DNA of 16,693 bases. Source: Nostoc sp. DedSLP01. GTDB taxonomy: Bacteria > Cyanobacteriota > Cyanobacteriia > Cyanobacteriales > Nostocaceae. The stretch is taken from the NCBI GenBank assembly GCA_034530875.2, contig JAVRCJ020000050.1, positions 1 to 16,693 of the forward strand, read 5' to 3'. Of the stretch, positions 1-7,541 are shown one piece after another (position 1 is the stretch's first letter; every line of letters starts with the position of its first letter). The position numbers were made by a program, and so were the translations under genes. The notes beneath the pieces are model-generated. The model did not search any database. It saw only the letters and a program-made list of their open reading frames with translations, and was not told where the DNA came from.

Positions 1-139
1 TCGCTCAAGACAACGGAAAAAAAGGAGCCAGTGCCTTGGGCGGGCAATGCCCGACTTGTTCGCTGAAAGCGTTCCCGTAGGCTAGCAACTGGCGTGGGAG
101 GTCTAGGGTTTCGATGGTGGTAAGAAAGTTAAAGGGCGT
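1..139 (+). pseudogene. IS5-family (IS1031-like) transposase fragment, interrupted by a short repeat and a stop codon
   Basis: Removing 26-95 gives in-frame SLKTTEKKGEV*GFDGGKKVKGR. This matches the IS5/IS1031 motif DSQSVKTTEKRGEVYGFDGGKKVKGRKRH. Tyr is replaced by TAG at 104-106. Confidence 0.85.
26..95. repeat. Nostoc-type short dispersed repeat with a second repeat nested inside
   Basis: Outer arms gccagtgc...gcaactggc with inner hairpin cgggc-aat-gcccg. The insert ttcgctgaaagcgttcccgtaggct splits the outer unit. Excising 26-95 restores the transposase frame. Confidence 0.7.
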
Positions 140-1078
140 AGGAAATTCGGCATTCACTCAGCGATGCCATCAGTCACAGCTGCTGCTCGTTGTCCGGAAC
201 TGATTTTCGTGCGACCAAAATTTGATGTCTACCGAGAAGTTTCTGCTCAAATCCACTCCATATTCAGACGCTACACCGATGTGGTAGAAGGGGTAGCCTT
301 AGATGAAGCACACTTGGACGTGACTGAAAATAAGCAAAATATAACTTATGCTTCTACTATTGCAAGATTAATCAAAGCAGCGATACTACAAGAAACTAAG
401 CTCACGGCGACAGCAGGCATATCGATTAATAAGTTCCTGGCAAAAATGGCATCAGGACAGAACAAGCCCAACGGATTAACAGTAATTTTACCTGAAATGG
501 CGATCGCTTTTGTGGAAGGGTTAGCGATTGAAAAGTTTCATCGAATTGGGGAAGTCACAGCAGCAAAAATGCACTCTCTAGGTATACATACTGGTGCAGA
601 TTTAAAGCAGCGATCTCTTAGTGAGTTAACACAATATTTTGGCAAGGTGGGGCATCATTATTACAAAATAGCCAGAGCAGAAGATGACCGAATAGTTGAG
701 CCGAATAGAGTCCGCAAGTCGGTTGGCGCAGAAACATCATTTGCTGTCGATCTGAGCGAACGCCCGGCTTTGCTACACGAACTCGAACAAATTGCTCTTT
801 CTTGTCAGCAAAGGTTAGAACAGCACTCCACAAGGGGACGAACGTTAACTTTAAAAATCAAGTTTTCTAACTACCAGCTAATCACACGCAGCAAGACTCT
901 GCCTAATTATACCCGTGATTTAGAAGCGATCGTTGCAACAGCCACAGCATTGTTTGAGGCAGTTGAGCTAGAAAACCGTAGTATCAGGTTGTTAGGAATT
1001 ACATTGTCCAATCTAGAAAACGCAAAACAAACACAAGTGATTCAATTGCCACTGTTTAAAAATAATTGGTCGCTATAG
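140..1078 (+). pseudogene. dinB: DNA polymerase IV (Y-family), 5'-truncated
   Basis: Motifs RKFGIHSAMP (from 140), ALDEAHLD, NKFLAKMAS..NKPNG, HhH IGEVTA and little finger RKSVGAETSF. The N-terminal DMDAFYASVE catalytic motif is absent, and there are in-frame stops at 83 and 104. Confidence 0.88.
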
Positions 1079-1081
1079 TTT

Positions 1082-1540
1082 TTAAACTTTTGGTACTGGA
1101 TATTGATCGAATTTTTGCATTAATTCAAGCAATTCTTCTTGACTAGGCTCTCGCCCATCTTTCGTCAATTGGGCCAATCCCTGAAAATATTGTTCGCGTG
1201 AATCGGCAGGGCAAAATAGAATTAAGAGTGTTGAGCGAGTTGTTCCAGGGTTAGAAAAGCCATGAGAGGTGTTTTGTGGAACTAGCATGAAGGTTTTTGG
1301 CGTAGCATTTACTCGTTGCCCATCGAGAACGAGTTCAACTTCACCCTCGACGACATAAAACATTTCCGTTAATTCCTTATGGATGTGAGGGCTAGCTCCT
1401 TGAGTACCAGGCTCCATTACAAATTCAAACAGTCCGAAATGTCCGTGTGTGTGTTCACCAGTTGCCTTAAAAATACAAGTACTTGTACGGATTTGTACTG
1501 CTTCACCTTCACCGGGTTGCAAAATAATTGGTAGTGACAT
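1082..1540 (-). CDS. Cupin domain protein
   Basis: Cupin motif 1 PHIHKELTEMFYVVEG and motif 2 VPQNTSHGFSN. GGAG Shine-Dalgarno upstream. Confidence 0.9.
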   Translation of the reverse strand: MSLPIILQPGEGEAVQIRTSTCIFKATGEHTHGHFGLFEFVMEPGTQGASPHIHKELTEMFYVVEGEVELVLDGQRVNATPKTFMLVPQNTSHGFSNPGTTRSTLLILFCPADSREQYFQGLAQLTKDGREPSQEELLELMQKFDQYPVPKV

Positions 1541-1666
1541 AAATCTCCTATATTTAATATTTTGAGTTCTACAACCAATAGAATCTCACTCAGTATTGAT
1601 ATCGATGGTGATTTCATTAGCCGTCCAAAGCAACATCCAATGGATATATTCTCTGGGAAAAATACA

Positions 1667-1780
1667 TTAGCAATAGGGAAACAAACTAAACAGCGGCTTC
1701 ATACAATGGCGAATTGCGCGCTTGGTATAAAATAGGCAAAAGACGATGTTAACTGTTCTAATCTTTAGCTCTGTAGCCAT
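1667..1780 (-). CDS. Possible 37-aa small protein or gene remnant (MATELKIRTV...)
   Basis: Strong SD AAGGAGG about 10 nt before the ATG at 1780. No recognisable homology. Confidence 0.3.
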   Translation of the reverse strand: MATELKIRTVNIVFCLFYTKRAIRHCMKPLFSLFPYC

Positions 1781-1938
1781 AATGATATTTCCTCCTTGGT
1801 AAGTTTGTAAAAATCTTTCCAACAGGCAATTCGCCAGAGTGCTGTGGCGAAGCTTTTGTTCATGGATTCCCCCGCCAAATGCCAACGCTGTGAAAAGAGT
1901 GTGTTGGTAAACAAATTTGGAAACGGGAGAATTTGACG

Positions 1939-3129
1939 ATGCCTGTGGATGGTCAGAACAAAACAACCAAATCAGTTATTCTATTCATCAGCCTCTTGTT
2001 GGCGATTGAGACATTAGATGAAATTGTCGATGGTGTGATGGGCGCAGCCTATCCCTTGATTCGTGACGATCTCGAGCTTTCTTACGTGCAAGTCGGGTTA
2101 CTATTGACCATACCCAATACCGTTAGCAGCGTGATAGAGCCAATTTTTGGAATTTTAGGAGATTTTGGTGCGCGACGATTATTGATTTTGACAGGAGGGA
2201 TCGGTTTTGCTGCGGCGCTAGTACTAATTGCCCTGAGCCATCAATTTTGGAGTTTATTAGCCGCATTGGTGTTGTTTTATCCGGCATCTGGCGCGTTTGT
2301 TAGCTTGTCTCAGGCGATACTCATGGATTTGGAACCTCACCGCCATGAAGCAAATATGGCACGTTGGGCATTGGCGGGTTCTGTTGGCAATGCGATCGCT
2401 CCTTTGGCTTTAGCAGGTGCGATCGCCTTAAACCAGAATTGGCGAAATGTTTTTCTGAGCCTAGCAGCTCTAACGGTGTGTCTAAGCAGCTTAATGTGGA
2501 AGTCTCCAATGCTGAGAGTAAAGGTATCTAGCCCAGTGAATATGCCAGACTCTAGTATTCACAAGGGTATTCATCATGTCATCTACGCGCTCAAACGACG
2601 TAACGTCCTACGCTGGTTAATTCTGTTGCAATCTTCAGACTTAATGCTTGATGTTCTACGAGGCTTTTTAGCTCTTTATTTTGTGGATGTTGTAGGTACA
2701 AGTGACACACAAGCGAGCTTTGCTTTTAGTGTCTGGCTGGGGTTCGGTTTATTAGGTGATTTGTTGCTCATTCCATTGTTGGAGCGAATGCAAGGCATAC
2801 AGTATTTGCGCTTGAGTGTATTTTTGGTTTTGTGCCTTTATCCGGCTTTTTTGCTGCTACCGAACATCACCATTAAAATAGTCATTTTAGGCGCGCTGGG
2901 TTTGTTAAATGCAGGTTGGTATTCCATCCTTCAAGGACAGCTATATACTGCAATGCTAGGGCAAAGTGGCACAGCGATCGCACTCAATAATTTGGCAGGT
3001 CTAGTTGGTGGTTTCATACCCCTAGCACTAGGTTGGTTAGCATATAATTATGGGTTACAGCCAACGATGTGGATGTTTCTGGCTGCACCGACGATCTTGT
3101 TAATTGGGTTGTGTTATGAGCGCAAGTAA
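1939..3129 (+). CDS. MFS transporter
   Basis: About 12 hydrophobic segments and MFS motif A GILGDFGARR. ATG 1939 preferred over TTG 1933. Confidence 0.9.
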   Translation: MPVDGQNKTTKSVILFISLLLAIETLDEIVDGVMGAAYPLIRDDLELSYVQVGLLLTIPNTVSSVIEPIFGILGDFGARRLLILTGGIGFAAALVLIALSHQFWSLLAALVLFYPASGAFVSLSQAILMDLEPHRHEANMARWALAGSVGNAIAPLALAGAIALNQNWRNVFLSLAALTVCLSSLMWKSPMLRVKVSSPVNMPDSSIHKGIHHVIYALKRRNVLRWLILLQSSDLMLDVLRGFLALYFVDVVGTSDTQASFAFSVWLGFGLLGDLLLIPLLERMQGIQYLRLSVFLVLCLYPAFLLLPNITIKIVILGALGLLNAGWYSILQGQLYTAMLGQSGTAIALNNLAGLVGGFIPLALGWLAYNYGLQPTMWMFLAAPTILLIGLCYERK

Positions 3130-3157
3130 CTATAACAGCGGTTGAAGCTAACAACCA

Positions 3158-3199
3158 GCTAAAAGCGAAGCCTTTTCATCAAGAGGCTTCGCTTTTAGC
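3158..3199. terminator. Strong hairpin, probable intrinsic terminator
   Basis: Perfect 16-bp inverted repeat gctaaaagcgaagcct / aggcttcgcttttagc just after the MFS stop. Confidence 0.7.
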
Positions 3200-3279
3200 A
3201 ACCTACACAATACTCATCTTTCAAAGGTAATTCAGTACAATTCATCAGTAGAACCAACAGTCAAGTCTAAGGGAAGCAA

Positions 3280-4030
3280 TTGAGCCAAAGTTCACCCACC
3301 CCACCAAAGCGAAAACTGAAGATTACGATCCTGACAGTAGGTTCAAGAGGCGATGTGCAACCATACTGTGCTTTGGCTATTGGCTTGAAACGTGCAGGGC
3401 ATGAGGTAACGGTGGCAGCAAACGAAAACTTTGAACCATTCGTGAGACAGTTCGATTTGGAGTTTGCAGCTCTAGCTGGCAATATGCAAAAGTTTCTGCA
3501 ATCAAAAAAGGGGCAGCGACTAATAGCTGGAGAAAAAAGCAAACCCCAAGATGAAGAAAAACTGTTATGTCAACAGTTGCAGTCAGCCTGGGTGGCTTGT
3601 CAAGGAACTGAAGTAATCATCTACACGCCGTTAGCAAACTGGGGTTATCACATTGCGGAGAAATTAGGCGTACCCTGCTTCATGGCATCAGTTGTGCCGT
3701 TGACTCCAACCGGGATGTTTGGATTTTTGAGATTCGCTTGAACAACAAAAAACCCACTCAAGAAAGTTATCAACTACGCCAGCTACATCAAAGCAGAGTT
3801 CTTGTACTGGCAGAGGTATCGAAAACTGCTTAACTCTTTTAGAACCGAAACGTTGAAATTGCCGCCCTTGCCATTTTTGGGTAGTCGTTTTAGACGAAGG
3901 ACTCCAGCTAATGTATCAAGGATACCCGTACTGTACGGTTTTAGCTCTCATGTTATTCCAAGACCTCTTGATTGGCCAGCGTGGGCGTATGTGACTGGGT
4001 TCTGGTTTATCGACGTGCCGACGAATACGA
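3280..4030 (+). pseudogene. Sterol 3-beta-glucosyltransferase-like (GT1/GT28_N) glycosyltransferase, broken
   Basis: GSRGDVQPY..LA..L..AGHEV motif. In-frame TGA at 3739-3741, then the same frame continues (IPVLYGFSSHVIPRPLDWPAWAYVTGFWF). The C-terminal sugar-nucleotide-binding domain is missing. Confidence 0.88.
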
Positions 4031-4042
4031 ACAAGAAGCTCG

Positions 4043-4543
4043 ATGTGGCTAGAGAGCGCAAGATTAATCGGTGATTGGAAGAGTGAAGGTATCTGTTTGT
4101 CTGGAATGGCAAATGTCTATGAGTGCTGGGGACAATATCAACAAGCAATTCATTGTTATCAAGAATCTCTGAAGGTAAGAAGAAAAGGCATTGCTGAATC
4201 AGGGGATGAATTTTGATGTATTGAAATTTTTAACTCCTTATTCTCTACGCATCTGGAGCGCCTCTGCGTGATAAGTCATCCCGTAATTATGCAACGCCGA
4301 AGAAAAATATATGATGATTGTGGAGAAGCAAACATTTGGTTTCACTTAGCTGTAGTTTGAGAAAAAATTAATCAAGTCAGTGAAGCACTAAAGGCTTATG
4401 ACAATGCGCGAAAGCTTTATCAGGAAATAGGATTTGACCAGGAAATACAGCATTGTAATGATGCGATTGAATTATTAGCACCTAGCTTTGTATTCTGGCG
4501 AGGTATAAGTAAGATGTGGCAAGCGATCAAAAGTTGGTTTTAG
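4043..4543 (+). pseudogene. C-terminal fragment of a TPR protein, MITE-interrupted
   Basis: IGDWKSEGICLSGMANVYECWGQYQQAIHCYQESLKVRRK | IYDDCGEANIWFHLAVV*EKINQVSEALKAYDNARKLYQEIG. Continuous once the 120-nt MITE plus TSD is removed. Internal TGA at 4358. Confidence 0.8.
4187..4298. mobile_element. MITE, 112 bp, with 8-bp target-site duplication
   Basis: Imperfect TIRs ggcattgctgaatcaggggatgaatt / aagtcatcccgtaattatgcaacgcc. Direct repeat GAAGAAAA at 4179-4186 and 4299-4306. Confidence 0.85.
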
Positions 4544-4932
4544 CAATTGCTCAATTGGGTTTTATAGCGCAGTTTTGTTTTAAACGGTAGAGCCTCATTA
4601 GTTAATTAGCTGAACTTATAGCCTACTAACAAAAATCCCCTGATGGGTCAAGGGCTAAGAAATTAGAAAATAATATCAAAAGCTGGTGTAATGTTATCTC
4701 TGGGAGCTTTAGAAAAAACCCTTTACTAGTTGCAATGATGTTAAAGAATAATTGTGATAGCGAATACAAACCAAGGAGAGCAGCCTTAATTTTTTAGCAG
4801 CATGAAAGATATATAAAGTAAATCGGTAAAGCGATTGAGTTGGGTTTCGCCATTATGAGGGATGTCTGGTCATGATGAATCGAGTGAGATTGTTAAGTTG
4901 AAAACTGTCAATCTCAAACCTGTAGAGCAGAC

Positions 4933-5583
4933 ATGACACAAATACCAATCGTTCGCCAGATATTATCCCAGCCGGATACCGGACTGTTAGCATATCTTAA
5001 TCAACAACTTCAAACACCAAATTTTTCTCCCTTTAAAGCGCAGTTTGGTTTTCATGTAGACGAGTGTTGTAGCCAAGTCACGAATTGTGAAGATTCAAGA
5101 GAAATACTTTCATCACTGTCATTGACGCTCAAGTTGTCAATCATTGTTGATAGCCAAACTTCAGAAGAGTCAGCGACGTTACACGCTCTAGAGTTTCAAG
5201 AATTGCTAGATGCACAAATAATCCAGTGGAGCCAGAACAACGAAAAATTGTTCCAACCAATTTCTGATATTAAAGGTAAATTAAGCCAGGTGTCAGAAAT
5301 TCCATATCACGGAGGCTATCTTCCTGGTTTTGAAATGACCAGACAGTTCACGCTAACTTACAATGCGGTACAACCCCAAGGGAAAGATAATAACGAAGAA
5401 CAAGCCCAAGCGTTGTATAACCCAGGTGAACGTACTCCCATCAGCGGATAGTACGAACTGACTAATCCAGATGGAGAAGGCACAGGGCTAGAGGTAACAT
5501 CAACCGAAGGGCATCCGTTTCCACCAACGCGCAAAGGGGAGCAATTATATAAACTAGTTGACCCCACAAAGCATAAAGCGTAA
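4933..5583 (+). pseudogene. Unknown N-terminal domain fused to a YjzC-like domain, with an in-frame TAG
   Basis: Past TAG 5449-5451 the frame reads YNPGERTPISG*YELTNPDGEGTGLEVTSTEGHPFPPTRKGEQLYKLVDPTKHKA to TAA 5581. This fits the YjzC pattern PGE..P.SGQY...G..FPPT. Confidence 0.75.
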
Positions 5584-5754
5584 TAACTTGGCTCGGAAGA
5601 GTGAGAAATCATGCCGCACCCGAGCGATCGTTACCAAAAAGTGAGTAAAGACGCTTTTTGGCATGAGCAGGCATAAAATGGGAGTTGCAGCAACACTTCA
5701 ACAGTGAATTGCTCGAATATCATGATTTTCTAACTGCATACAAGTATTGAAAAC

Positions 5755-6483
5755 GTGGAAAGCCATAAAGAAAAAATCCTGGTGGTAGATGACGAAGTAA
5801 GTATTCGCCGGATTTTAGAAACGCGCCTTTCCATGATCGGTTACGATGTGGTCACAGCTGGTGATGGCGAAGAGGCACTGTTAAAGTTTCGCTCCTATGA
5901 CCCAGACTTAATTGTTTTGGATGTGATGATGCCAAAACTTGATGGATATGGTGTCTGCCAGGAATTACGCAAAGAAACTGATGTGCCAATTATTATGCTT
6001 ACAGCTCTAGCAGACGTTGCAGATCGGATTACAGGGCTGGAGTTAGGTGCAGATGACTACATAGCGAAACCATTTTCCCCGAAAGAGCTAGAGTCAAGGA
6101 TTCGCTCGATACTGCGGCGACGGGGTAGCAAAACAAGCGCTGCTGGCATTCCTAATTCAGGAGTGATTGAAGTAGGCTTTCTCAAAATTGATACAAATAA
6201 GCGGCAAGTCTACAAAGAAAGTGAGCGAATTCGATTAACTGGTATAGAATATAGCCTGCTAGAGTTGTTGGTGAGCAACTCGGGAAAGTCTTTTGACCGT
6301 AGAGAAATTTTGCAGCGAGTCTGGGGATATACCTCAGAACAACATGCAGATACTCGTGTGGTCGATGTGCATATTTCCCGATTGAGAGGAAAGCTAGAAG
6401 ATGACCCCAATAATCCAGAGTTAATTTTGACCGCTAGAGGTTCGGGCTATCTTTTTCAAAGAATTATGGAACCAGAGCATTAA
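5755..6483 (+). CDS. rpaB: OmpR-family response regulator, RpaB/Ycf27-like (divergent paralog)
   Basis: KILVVDDE.SIRRILETRLSMIGY, LDVMMPKLDG, KPFSPKEL, DTRVVDVHISRLR.KLEDDP.NPELILTARG.GY. GTG start. Confidence 0.85.
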   Translation: MESHKEKILVVDDEVSIRRILETRLSMIGYDVVTAGDGEEALLKFRSYDPDLIVLDVMMPKLDGYGVCQELRKETDVPIIMLTALADVADRITGLELGADDYIAKPFSPKELESRIRSILRRRGSKTSAAGIPNSGVIEVGFLKIDTNKRQVYKESERIRLTGIEYSLLELLVSNSGKSFDRREILQRVWGYTSEQHADTRVVDVHISRLRGKLEDDPNNPELILTARGSGYLFQRIMEPEH

Positions 6484-6498
6484 GCATGAAACCAACAA

Positions 6499-6690
6499 AT
6501 GTCTGTGATTAAAGTTGATGAAGTGCTTTGTATTAACGGCAGTGTCCTAATCGTCTTCTATACGCCTGGACATTCCTGGCAGTTTCGCATTATCAGCCGC
6601 ACTCTTGAAGTATTTGGAGAGCAAAAGATTTATTACAGTGCGGAGGCTGCACGGAGGACTGGGTTGGAGTGGATGAGGGATGAACGGTAA
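6499..6690 (+). CDS. Small hypothetical protein (63 aa)
   Basis: ATG 15 nt after the rpaB-like stop. Protein-like beta-beta-beta-alpha pattern (WQFRIIS..EVFGE..IYYSAEAA..G.EW). Confidence 0.6.
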   Translation: MSVIKVDEVLCINGSVLIVFYTPGHSWQFRIISRTLEVFGEQKIYYSAEAARRTGLEWMRDER

Positions 6691-7077
6691 TAGGTGCTCC
6701 CGATGCACAGCAGCAAGTCGAGTGACATCGCACTTCAAGACTGATTATGAGTCAGTTGTACCAAGATAGCCTCAAGACTCTGTAGAGCAGCGTTTGTAGT
6801 GCGTTGGTGTTCTTCAAAGTTACGCTGGTGTGTTTCGTGACTGTCGCGTAATTCAAGCAGTACATCGTCCAAAATCGCACTGCGAGCAAGAACACGGTCA
6901 ACGTTGCTGGTAAGCTGTCGTATTTCTTGTCTTAGCTCATCCACTTGCGCCTGAGTGTTAGCTTGTCTAATTGCTAGATTATCCAGCTGCACTTGAGTGT
7001 TAGCTTGTCGCTCGGCAAGCCCTAGCATGATTTGTTCAATGCGGTCTAGTCTGTTAGGAAAATACTCAGGCGTGTCA

Positions 7078-7346
7078 TACCAATTCACGAAATTACTGAT
7101 ACAAATCACTTCCTCTGTTCCTCTGCTCCCTCTGCCTACGGTGTACGCACATCTCTGTAGGAAACCAAAATCCTCGTAGATCTGTCATTATCCTCCTTAA
7201 AAAGGAGGACTTTGAGAGATTTTTGCCCCCCTTGGAAAGGGGGGTTGGGGGGATCTAAAGTCTGCGGCGCAAGTCTAGAAGACTTGTGTGTACACCGTAG
7301 GCTCCCTCTGCTTGCCTACGCATATCATTTTTAAAGTGAAATGGTA
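7078..7346. mobile_element. Outer MITE with 3-bp TSD (TCA)
   Basis: TIRs taccaattcac / gtgaaatggta. TCA at 7075-7077 and 7347-7349. Confidence 0.8.
7136..7300. mobile_element. Inner MITE, 165 bp, IS4/IS50-type ends, 11-bp TSD
   Basis: TIRs ctacggtgtacgcaca / tgtgtgtacaccgtag. TSD gctccctctgc at 7125-7135 and 7301-7311. Internal hairpins tcctccttaaaaaggagga and ccccccttggaaagggggg. Confidence 0.9.
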
Positions 7347-7541
7347 TCAGTCATATACTTTCGTTAGTCCTCTATTAGGGATTATATAAAGTTGTGACCG
7401 ATGAGCGCACGTTATTCAAGTAGTACATCTTAACAATCAGGTCTAGCGATCGCTTCATTATCGGTTTCGATAACGCTGTGGTGTAATGAGAGCGATCGCA
7501 GATAAAAAAACAAGTGCAATGGTAGGTCGAAGCAATTCAAA

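Larger units (their letters stand above)
6735..7354 (-). pseudogene. Coiled-coil protein whose original ATG is separated from the body by nested MITEs
   Basis: Removing 7078-7346 and one TCA gives MTDTPEYFPNRLDRIEQ... from ATG 7354. Heptad-like repeat RQANTQ.Q.D.L occurs twice. Confidence 0.8.

Noticed and set aside
164..1078. Complete functional DNA polymerase IV
   Set aside because: It starts at an internal Met and lacks the N-terminal catalytic DxDxF motif. The upstream DNA is transposase-derived.
3127..3160. Integron attC-like left arm (taacagcggttgaagctaac) after the MFS stop
   Set aside because: No complementary right arm ending in GTTRRRY, no integrase and no other cassettes.
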